This document shows positions 46,201 through 53,458 of a stretch of DNA of 64,000 nucleotides, piece by piece. A model generated the notes under the pieces. That model was given only the letters and a program-made list of their open reading frames with translations, searched no databases and was not told where the DNA came from. The position numbers and the translations under genes are program-made. The first letter of the stretch is position 1; every line of letters starts with the position of its first letter. Source of the DNA: Bacillota bacterium (GTDB taxonomy: Bacteria; Bacillota; Clostridia; Christensenellales; UBA1242); contig WRAD01000001.1 in the NCBI GenBank assembly GCA_009780375.1, positions 48,228 to 112,227 on the forward strand, given 5' to 3'.

Positions 46201-46302
46201 AATTCTCAAATCCTTTCTGTTTTCTCTCCATTTGAGAGTAAAAATAATAATGATTTTGGAACTTCTCAAGTATAACATACCCCTCATATCAAAGTCAATA
46301 TG

Positions 46303-46311
46303 TGATATACT
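46303..46311 (+). promoter_or_regulatory. Extended -10 (TGaTATACT) 7 nt upstream of the rimM ATG
   Basis: Sequence TGTGATATACTattaaacATG. Confidence 0.55.
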
Positions 46312-46318
46312 ATTAAAC

Positions 46319-46798
46319 ATGAAAAACAAATTTTTAATCGGCAAAATACTTAAACCCCGAGGCCTTAAAGGTGAACTTAAAATTCAAATTCTGACAAATG
46401 TGCTTGATGTTTTTACTAGCCTTAAAAAGGTCTATATAGGTAACAATGATCAAGCCGATTCATACACAGTGGTAAAGAGTTCCATCCAAAACGAATTCGC
46501 ATATATTTCTATCAAAGATGTAACCACAGTTGAGCGTGCCGAAGATTTTCGCGACATGCAAATCTTTGTAAATAAGAATCAACTTGAAATCGCCGATGAT
46601 GAAATAATCGCCGATGATATTTTGGGGTTTGAAATTATAAACCAAAAAGGTGTAAAACTCGGAGTCTTAAAATCTATTGAAAACTATGGTGGGTCGGACT
46701 TTTTAAATTTGGGTAATGAACTTGAAATTCCTTATGAAGAGGAATTCATAATTGAAACAAATATGACCGACAAAAAGATACTTGTTAAATGGGGGTAG
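46319..46798 (+). CDS. rimM: 16S rRNA processing protein RimM
   Basis: The N-terminus MKNKFLIGKILKPRGLKGELKI is the canonical RimM start. Located upstream of trmD. Confidence 0.85.
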   Translation: MKNKFLIGKILKPRGLKGELKIQILTNVLDVFTSLKKVYIGNNDQADSYTVVKSSIQNEFAYISIKDVTTVERAEDFRDMQIFVNKNQLEIADDEIIADDILGFEIINQKGVKLGVLKSIENYGGSDFLNLGNELEIPYEEEFIIETNMTDKKILVKWG

Positions 46799-46799
46799 C

Positions 46800-47441
46800 A
46801 TGAAAATCCAAATATTAACACTGTTCCCACAAATGTTTTCCGCACTTGAACACAGTATTATTAAACGTGCAAAAGACAAAGGGCTTGTCGAAATTGAATA
46901 CATAGATTTTCGCAATTATTCCAAAGACAAACATAAAAAAGTCGATGATTATGCGTTCGGCGGTGGGGCAGGGCTTGTATTAATGGCTCAACCAATCATA
47001 GACTGTATAGAAACAATAGACCCATTGCACCTTGCCCATCGAATATATTTGACCCCGTCCGCCAAAAATTTGACCCATAAAAAAGCGGTAGAGTTATCCA
47101 AACACAAAAATTTAATATTATTATGTGGTCACTATGAAGGCATAGACCAACGCATTATAGATCTTGTAATTGATGAAACAATAAGTATAGGCGAATATGT
47201 ATTAACAGGCGGTGAAATCCCTGCAATGGTTATTGTCGATGCGGTTGTACGTCATATTAAGGGGGTAATTTCCGTCGGGAGTCTTCAAAATGAAAGTCAC
47301 ACCACACAGGGGCAATGGGAATATCCACAATATACGCGTCCTCAAACAATTCGCAATCTTGATGTGCCACCGGTACTTTTATCTGGAAACCATGCGGAAA
47401 TCGAAAAGTGGAAAAAGGAAAATTCTGTAAAATTCAAGTAA
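46800..47441 (+). CDS. trmD: tRNA (guanine37-N1)-methyltransferase TrmD
   Basis: MKIQILTLFPQMF, DDYAFGGGAGLVL, CGHYEGIDQR and LTGGEIPAMV. Confidence 0.93.
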   Translation: MKIQILTLFPQMFSALEHSIIKRAKDKGLVEIEYIDFRNYSKDKHKKVDDYAFGGGAGLVLMAQPIIDCIETIDPLHLAHRIYLTPSAKNLTHKKAVELSKHKNLILLCGHYEGIDQRIIDLVIDETISIGEYVLTGGEIPAMVIVDAVVRHIKGVISVGSLQNESHTTQGQWEYPQYTRPQTIRNLDVPPVLLSGNHAEIEKWKKENSVKFK

Positions 47442-47496
47442 CATTTTAACTTTGATTCTTCCATTATAAGTGTTACAATTATAATAACGGGGGACA

Positions 47497-47931
47497 GTGA
47501 AAAAACAAAAAAAACCATTATTGTCGAACAAGTGGATTTTAATCTTAAAGGTGGCTTCTGCATGTGTGTTGCTTTTTATTTCTGCATTTTTCTTTTTTCA
47601 AAATCTGAATATATTCTGGTCCGATCTGCGAACCGCCAATCCGCCTTTATTTTTTATTCCTGTGCTTTTTGTAATTTGCGTAATCCTTGTTTGTGCCTAC
47701 ATTATATTTTTGCTATTCAAGGTTGACGATGGCAAAGTTTATCGTGCCGATCGCTTTGACATAATCTATAAAATTATTTACAGTTTTATTGTATTGCTTA
47801 TCTCTGTGCGAAGCTTCTTTGTCGAGCCGTACCTCGAGGCACCAATAGTCATTGTAGTAATAAGTTTAATTTTCGGTGTTGCAAATTGGATGATACCGAA
47901 CCTTTATTATCACGATAGTGAAGATTTCTAA
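47497..47931 (+). CDS. Hypothetical 4-TM membrane protein
   Basis: GTG start with a GGGGGA SD, and four hydrophobic segments. Confidence 0.5.
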   Translation: MKKQKKPLLSNKWILILKVASACVLLFISAFFFFQNLNIFWSDLRTANPPLFFIPVLFVICVILVCAYIIFLLFKVDDGKVYRADRFDIIYKIIYSFIVLLISVRSFFVEPYLEAPIVIVVISLIFGVANWMIPNLYYHDSEDF

Positions 47932-47933
47932 TG

Positions 47934-48013
47934 CTCTAGGAATTATCGCTAAATTTTTTTGTACTAGAATCTCAGCTTAATGAACTTAATGCACCATAAG
48001 TTGCCTTTGTTTG
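47934..48013 (+). repeat. Dispersed repeat copy C7 (full length with a small internal duplication)
   Basis: CTCTAGGAATTATCGCTAAATTTTTTTGTACTAGAATCTCAGCTTAATGAACTTAATGCACCATAAGTTGCCTTTGTTTGC. Confidence 0.85.
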
Positions 48014-48835
48014 CTATATGCCCGTATCTTCAATTTCTGAAAAACTTCCACCGATAAATTTTGCCGTCTTTCCAGTATTGTCAAGTTCACCATCATTATC
48101 ATTAATTATTGGCATCCTTGCAACACTGTTTCTTCTCAGGGTTTGTTTAAAAAATCGTTCTAAACTTGTGTGATATTTATCCTTGTGCGTGAGATTAAAT
48201 TCCGCAATTTGTTGAAGCTTCGCACTTCGTACATCACCTGTATCAATACTTGTCTGGATTAATGCCTCAACATCACCTTCGGTATAAACAAGTGCCGCCG
48301 CGGTATTTAATTGGCTTTGCTTGTAGAGCGGCATTAAAACATCAAACAAATTTGCATCATCAAGGCCACTTCCGATAACAATGAGGGTACAATGGGAAAA
48401 AGAAACAGTCCGTCCCATGTTAACCCCAATATCGGCCAGTGCTTCGGTAATATCTGTGCCACGCCCAACTGCAATATGTCTTTCTGGTATGCCAAAAGGG
48501 TCAAAATTAAATAAAACATGTTCACCGTAAACAATAATTTCATCGTCTTCCATGTCAATCGCTATTGCGGTTAATATTGTTCTTGTCAACGCCATCGATT
48601 GTTTTGACACAGCCATAGGTAATAATGCAACAAGCATAGCCAATATAATAAGCAAAAACTTTTTCTGCCATATCGTAATAAAAATTTTTACAAACACATT
48701 TTGTTTTTGTTCTAGCCTAGGAATTATCGTTAAATTTTTTGTACTAGGATCTCGACTGGAGCGCACCGTATGGTGCTTTTGTTCTTTTTTTTTCTTGCTT
48801 TCATCGACTTCTTTATTGGTTGTTCTATCTTTCAT
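48014..48835 (-). CDS. GerAC/Ger(x)C-like germination protein, apparently truncated and with a repeat-derived N-terminal extension
   Basis: The core (LTAIAIDMEDDEIIVYGEHV..., GRTVSFSHCTLIVIGSGL) resembles the N-terminal half of Ger(x)C. ATGA overlap with the upstream gerAB-like gene. Residues ~18-41 are translated from repeat C8. No lipobox Cys. Confidence 0.5.
   Translation of the reverse strand: MKDRTTNKEVDESKKKKEQKHHTVRSSRDPSTKNLTIIPRLEQKQNVFVKIFITIWQKKFLLIILAMLVALLPMAVSKQSMALTRTILTAIAIDMEDDEIIVYGEHVLFNFDPFGIPERHIAVGRGTDITEALADIGVNMGRTVSFSHCTLIVIGSGLDDANLFDVLMPLYKQSQLNTAAALVYTEGDVEALIQTSIDTGDVRSAKLQQIAEFNLTHKDKYHTSLERFFKQTLRRNSVARMPIINDNDGELDNTGKTAKFIGGSFSEIEDTGI
48716..48785 (+). repeat. 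Dispersed repeat copy C8 (full length, antisense inside the gerAB/gerAC junction)
   Basis: CCTAGGAATTATCGTTAAATTTTTTGTACTAGGATCTCGACTGGAGCGCACCGTATGGTGCTTTTGTTC, preceded by TTTTGTTCTAG. Confidence 0.9.
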
Positions 48836-50016
48836 ATTCTTGCCTCCTTTGTTGCAGAGTCACTTTTTTGTTTCTTGTCTTTTTTACCAGAATTTCTTTT
48901 TTTCAAAATCAATGCGTTAATTAAACACACAACAGGCACCGTAAAGAACAAAATCGCAATCGCAGGGGCGACAATAACAATGAAATCATTCAATCTGTCA
49001 GGTGTTTTTACAAGCAACCACCACATTAGATATAAAAACAATGCAACAGAAAACCCAATGTAACCGGCCCTATGTTTGACGTTAAAAATATATCTTAAAC
49101 ATGCAAACACCGCAAAAAACGTTGCCCCAAATCTTAATAATAATAACATTGACCAAATGCAAACCAAAATCCAATCAAGACGCCCACTCTGTGTCAAGAA
49201 TTCTGAATAGGTTGTCAAGTTTGTAATTGCCAAATCTTTTGTAGGTCCAAGTGGTCCAAAAATGCTTGTAAACATAAACACAAAAAATACAAAGAAAGCC
49301 CCAACAAGTCCGGCCACAAGCATAAATTTTGTTATGAATTCTTTTGGATTTTTAAAAGGTATTGGTTGATTTTCACCTTGTGCCTTTGCCGGGCATCCTT
49401 GTTGGATGTCACCAGAAAAAATCAACAAAAAAGCCGCACTTTCAAAGTAAATAAGATTATGATAAAAACCACGTAAAATCGGCATAAAACCGCCACTGAA
49501 CAACGGTGTAATCTCACCCGGATTCATACTTCTTAATGCAGGGAACACCGATAGTGCAATGCCAATAATAATCAACAGGTAAAAAATTTCACCACTACGG
49601 AAAAAAGCCCTTGCAGGTAAAAAGCAAAATGCTGCACCAAAAATAACAAGTGGTATTAAAAATTTGTGGATATTTAATTCGGTAAAAAGATTTTGACCTA
49701 ATATAATGTAACTTTGACTTGCCAAAATAAATAATTGTAAAAGTAAAAGACCAAGCATCAAAAGAACAACAAGTTTTGCCCCCACAAACTTTGTATTAGA
49801 TCGCAAATCGCTGTATATATCACTTCCTGCCCCAATTACAAGTACATTAAGAACCGCAAAAATTACAAGCAACTCGAACACCGTTCCAATCAACGCAATT
49901 ACCCATGCATTGCGAACGCTCTCGCCCGATAATATTGCTGGAAGTGCCAAAAATTTTATTGCAAACGAATATATACAATAAAATATAATCAACTGTCTTG
50001 TGGAAATTTTTTTCAC
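48832..50016 (-). CDS. Spore germination GerAB/GerKB-type permease (APC-like)
   Basis: The N-terminus MKKISTRQLIIF... is typical of Spore_permease proteins (IS.RQL). About 10 TM segments. GTG start. Confidence 0.7.
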   Translation of the reverse strand: MKKISTRQLIIFYCIYSFAIKFLALPAILSGESVRNAWVIALIGTVFELLVIFAVLNVLVIGAGSDIYSDLRSNTKFVGAKLVVLLMLGLLLLQLFILASQSYIILGQNLFTELNIHKFLIPLVIFGAAFCFLPARAFFRSGEIFYLLIIIGIALSVFPALRSMNPGEITPLFSGGFMPILRGFYHNLIYFESAAFLLIFSGDIQQGCPAKAQGENQPIPFKNPKEFITKFMLVAGLVGAFFVFFVFMFTSIFGPLGPTKDLAITNLTTYSEFLTQSGRLDWILVCIWSMLLLLRFGATFFAVFACLRYIFNVKHRAGYIGFSVALFLYLMWWLLVKTPDRLNDFIVIVAPAIAILFFTVPVVCLINALILKKRNSGKKDKKQKSDSATKEARI

Positions 50017-50045
50017 ATCTTTAATCTTTGCAAATAATGAAGGTA

Positions 50046-50219
50046 CTATTCAGTACCAAATTGACTAAGGTCTTCATCATGTGCAACATAGTCAAAAATA
50101 AGGCGTACCAATTTTTTAAGAAATTCCTTATCTCTGTTAATATGTTGTATAAGTGCGTCCATTTTGTCACTTACAATCTTTTCCTTGTCTTCAAAAATTT
50201 TGCCTTGGGTATCTATCAT
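50046..50219 (-). CDS. Small hypothetical protein (57 aa), divergent from the XRE gene
   Basis: AGGAGG SD 9 nt upstream of the ATG (MIDTQGK...). Predicted helical and acidic. Confidence 0.5.
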   Translation of the reverse strand: MIDTQGKIFEDKEKIVSDKMDALIQHINRDKEFLKKLVRLIFDYVAHDEDLSQFGTE

Positions 50220-50241
50220 GTTTAAAAACCTCCTATTTTCA

Positions 50242-50289
50242 CCAATATGGCACAAGTATAAATTATTTTGTTCCAATATGCAACAATAT
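50242..50289. promoter_or_regulatory. Operator-like direct repeats in the divergent promoter region
   Basis: CCAATATG occurs at 50242-50249 and 50273-50280, and CAATAT again at 50284-50289. Confidence 0.35.
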
Positions 50290-50294
50290 TTTAT

Positions 50295-50498
50295 ATGAGT
50301 TTAGCAAAAAATATTAAAACATTACGTAAAGAGAAAGGACTTACTCAAGAGGCATTGGCAAAAGATTTAGATATAGGTCGTGGAGCACTTGCACATTATG
50401 AAGCAGGGGACAGACAAGTGCCTAGTTATCTTGTACCAAAAATCGCAAAATACTTTAATGTGTCAATAGATTATTTATATGGAGAAAGAGAAGAATAA
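50295..50498 (+). CDS. XRE-family helix-turn-helix transcriptional regulator
   Basis: IKTLRKEKGLTQEALAKDLDIGRGALAHYEAGDRQVP is a canonical Cro/C1 HTH. 67 aa from MSLAKN. Confidence 0.85.
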   Translation: MSLAKNIKTLRKEKGLTQEALAKDLDIGRGALAHYEAGDRQVPSYLVPKIAKYFNVSIDYLYGEREE

Positions 50499-50547
50499 TT
50501 TTTTCAATATCATATGTAGGGGCAAACTTGCGATTCGTTCAAAAAAA

Positions 50548-50592
50548 TTGACAAACTTTGTAATTGTCAAAAATCAAAAAACATCGTAATAT
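50548..50592 (+). promoter_or_regulatory. Inverted repeat TTGACAA-N9-TTGTCAA overlapping the promoter TTGTCA-17-TAATAT of CDS 50599
   Basis: Perfect 7-bp arms at 50548-54 and 50564-70. The -10 TAATAT at 50587-92 lies 6 nt before the ATG. Confidence 0.5.
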
Positions 50593-50598
50593 TAAACT

Positions 50599-51030
50599 AT
50601 GTTAAAAAAACTTTTTGCAAAAAAATCAAAAACAAAAGGATATCCACGAGGATATACGCCAACTTCTGCCGATTTGGCTGTAGATAATTTTGTTGCAAAC
50701 ACACTTAAACAAAAACAGGAACTTAATTATACGCAAAGTGACTATGAAAAACTTGTTGGTAAAAAACTTCAAATATTCAATTGCACAAATGGGGAAGACA
50801 TAACCTATAAACTTGAATCGGTTGCTCATCTGGAAAATTCAACTTTTGGTGACACATTTTATTTACTTGCTAACGCCCCTGACAAAACACAAATTGTATT
50901 TCATCCGCGTTACCAAGATGAATCGTTTTGTTTTATTACTGCGGTGAACGGGAAAACTCTTGACGGGTATTTATCATTGTCTGATCACGAAATTTGTGCT
51001 GAACTTTTGCCTAAAATTACAAAGTCATAA
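50599..51030 (+). CDS. Hypothetical protein
   Basis: 143-aa ORF in the leaderless promoter context. No motif recognised. Confidence 0.5.
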   Translation: MLKKLFAKKSKTKGYPRGYTPTSADLAVDNFVANTLKQKQELNYTQSDYEKLVGKKLQIFNCTNGEDITYKLESVAHLENSTFGDTFYLLANAPDKTQIVFHPRYQDESFCFITAVNGKTLDGYLSLSDHEICAELLPKITKS

Positions 51031-51121
51031 GATTCTAATATCTACTTATAAGACCTGCATGAATTTACACTTTGGCATTACAGGAAAAATGTTCTTAATT
51101 GTCGTTATAAACATTTCCGCA

Positions 51122-51149
51122 TTGACATAATTCGATTTTTGGCTATAAT
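51122..51149 (+). promoter_or_regulatory. Promoter TTGACA-16-TATAAT, with the ATG 7 nt after the -10
   Basis: TTGACA at 51122-27, TATAAT at 51144-49, ATG at 51157. Confidence 0.6.
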
Positions 51150-51156
51150 GGAAGAT

Positions 51157-52884
51157 ATGAAAAGACGCATCTTAACCATAGTCGGTATTGCAATTGTTGT
51201 ATTTGCAGGTGGACTTACCGCTATTTTGATAAACGCGATGGCAACAACAATTAGGCTCTCTCCTGTAGGAAGTATCTACAGTGTCTCTGGCAATGGTGGG
51301 AATGCCGTTTCCGTCGGCGGTTACTTGTATTTTATTGGTAACTTTCACTCAAGGTACGATATAAACAGGCGTCCAAATAACATTTATGGTAATCCAGGCA
51401 CAGGGCATCGATTGACAAATGGTGCGATTTGGCGTATTCGTTTAAACGAAGAGGGGCTTCCACAATATGACAACAGTTGGATTGACGGATGGCAAGATGA
51501 ATGGAATGCAGGGCACCCTGATTTTATAGGCGGTCCAAATTCATCAGAAATTGATGATTTAAGACAGGACAATGAACATATAGAAACACAGATTGACTCG
51601 CGATTTGTTCCAGGTACCCTTGAACTTGTTGTGCCAAAGGTCGCAGGTCACGAACAAAGTTCGTTATTTATTATGGGCAATCATCTCATTTACACAAGTC
51701 CACACAACTATTATGGAAGAGGTCATGATGATTTACAAATCGACCGAACAGATTTTTTCAGGGTAGATTTAACAGGTGCAAATAACAGGCTTTTGTATAC
51801 AACAAGGTCAAGGGCTCATCAGGTAACACGCAATGACTTCACCGTCGCATGGGTAGATGGACAAAGTCATCTTTTAATTCGTGAACCTGTTGGGGATGGA
51901 CTCAGCCGAATCACACACGTTAATGTATCCACCGCAAGGGTACAAACACTTACAACCGAGGCGGCAACATGGGCATTCCCAGAGGTGACAACCTTCATAA
52001 GAACCACCTCAGGTGGAACCCACTTAAAAGGCTTTGGGGGCATAATGTCATTCGTGTATTGGACCGAGGCTCGTCCTGAATCCGATCCAACAAATGGTGA
52101 CCTTGTATTCCGTCACCACTTGGGGTCAAGAAACGCAACACGTAACCTTATGGCAGACGACCATAACACAAGATTTCAACTTGTATCGCTAAGCGGTGGA
52201 CGCCTTATTTGGAGAAGAGGCAATTTTAATACTCCACACAATTGGTCACTTCGCATAACAGAAAGTACCGATCAGGGTGTTTTTGCATCAGGTGCAATAA
52301 ACGCAGAAACTCGCCAAGTATGGGAAGCCGACATGGTGTCAATGTCAACAAGTGATTCCGAATTTAATACAATCGTTGCACCAACAGAAAACGCAGGATT
52401 TGTATTCAGTTTCTTTACGCTGTTCGGTCCTTCTGGTAACCAAAGTATTTGGAGATGGACATTAAGCGATGGACAATTTTCCGAGACGGTGATTCCTGGA
52501 ACGCAAGGTGTTGAAGAAATTGTAAAGGTTGCATCAAGTCGCCTGTTCTTTATGCGTGGCGGACAACTTCATTCAATTAATTTTGACGGTACAATTGCAA
52601 GACCACCTGTCACAATTTCTCCTGACCGTGAGACACGAATAAATATCTCTATCTTCACCCCAATCGCAAGTGATGGGTTCAGGGTAAATAACGCACATGA
52701 CTTTATCTCATATATCCGCACAATTCACTCAATTGTTGATGACGACATGGTTATCGATGATGAAACTGGCGAATCTCCAATCCCAACAGGTAATTCAATA
52801 ACAATTGCAGTGATTGTTGATCGTCAAAACAACGCTCATCGTCTTTGGAATCTTGAAAATGAATTCGTAGGAATTCCATCTTAA
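51157..52884 (+). CDS. Membrane-anchored beta-propeller-like protein (DUF5050/TolB-like repeats)
   Basis: N-terminus MKRRILTIVGIAIVVFAGG anchor, with recurring YF/LY..G..L..I..DG-type blades (YLYFIGN, LIYTSPHN, FFRVDLTGANNRLLYT, LFFMRGGQLHSINFDGT). Family call is by resemblance only. Confidence 0.55.
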   Translation: MKRRILTIVGIAIVVFAGGLTAILINAMATTIRLSPVGSIYSVSGNGGNAVSVGGYLYFIGNFHSRYDINRRPNNIYGNPGTGHRLTNGAIWRIRLNEEGLPQYDNSWIDGWQDEWNAGHPDFIGGPNSSEIDDLRQDNEHIETQIDSRFVPGTLELVVPKVAGHEQSSLFIMGNHLIYTSPHNYYGRGHDDLQIDRTDFFRVDLTGANNRLLYTTRSRAHQVTRNDFTVAWVDGQSHLLIREPVGDGLSRITHVNVSTARVQTLTTEAATWAFPEVTTFIRTTSGGTHLKGFGGIMSFVYWTEARPESDPTNGDLVFRHHLGSRNATRNLMADDHNTRFQLVSLSGGRLIWRRGNFNTPHNWSLRITESTDQGVFASGAINAETRQVWEADMVSMSTSDSEFNTIVAPTENAGFVFSFFTLFGPSGNQSIWRWTLSDGQFSETVIPGTQGVEEIVKVASSRLFFMRGGQLHSINFDGTIARPPVTISPDRETRINISIFTPIASDGFRVNNAHDFISYIRTIHSIVDDDMVIDDETGESPIPTGNSITIAVIVDRQNNAHRLWNLENEFVGIPS

Positions 52885-52963
52885 ATTTACTCCAATTCAT
52901 TATTTTTCGTTTTGAACTTCTTTGTTTTTACCTTATAATAAGATATATCTAGGGGGAAAACAA

Positions 52964-53449
52964 ATGGAATTGAAATTAATTAAAAGGCTTGCCGAGTTAA
53001 TGAATTCGGAAGGGCTTAAACAGCTTGAGCTTACAACGGATGCAGGGTCAATATGGCTTGAAAGAGACAGCAGTGTTACTGTTGTTGATACAACATCTAT
53101 AAGGGCAAAAGTTCCAGAAAGTGTAGATCAACGCGTTTTAATTAAAAAAGTAACAAAGCCAGGTAAGAAAACAACAGTAAAAGAAATCAAAGTAATGTCT
53201 GGTAAGTGTTATGAAATTCGAAGCCCAATCGAAGGAATATTTTATGCGGCAACAGAACCTACCGATCCGCCATATGTAACAATAGGGCAAACGGTATCCG
53301 ATGGAGACTTGCTTTGTGTTATCGGTGAAGATGGCGTAATGAATGAACTTGAATCCGAAGTTGATGGCGAAGTGTCGGAAATCCTTGTATCAAACGGTCA
53401 AAAAATTACATTTGACCAAGTTCTTTTCAAAATAACTAAAAAAGGCTAA
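52964..53449 (+). CDS. Biotin carboxyl carrier protein (BCCP)-like protein lacking the biotinyl-lysine
   Basis: The N-terminus MELKLIKRLAELMNSEGLKQLEL and C-terminus RSPIEGIFY...GDLLCVIGEDGVMNELESEVDGEV are collinear with AccB, but EAMKM is replaced by GEDGVM. AGGGGGA SD upstream. Confidence 0.65.
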   Translation: MELKLIKRLAELMNSEGLKQLELTTDAGSIWLERDSSVTVVDTTSIRAKVPESVDQRVLIKKVTKPGKKTTVKEIKVMSGKCYEIRSPIEGIFYAATEPTDPPYVTIGQTVSDGDLLCVIGEDGVMNELESEVDGEVSEILVSNGQKITFDQVLFKITKKG

Positions 53450-53458
53450 ACTAAAACT

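Noticed and set aside
46232-46318. N-terminal extensions in the ORF track for rimM (46232), mrnC (15951), pnp (57204), the propeller protein (51139), the HIT-like gene (19050), mnmE (5280) and the HEPN-like gene (59984).
   Set aside because: Each extension runs through a recognisable -10 or -35 box, a terminator-like hairpin or a repeat copy. In each case the conserved protein N-terminus begins at the downstream start.
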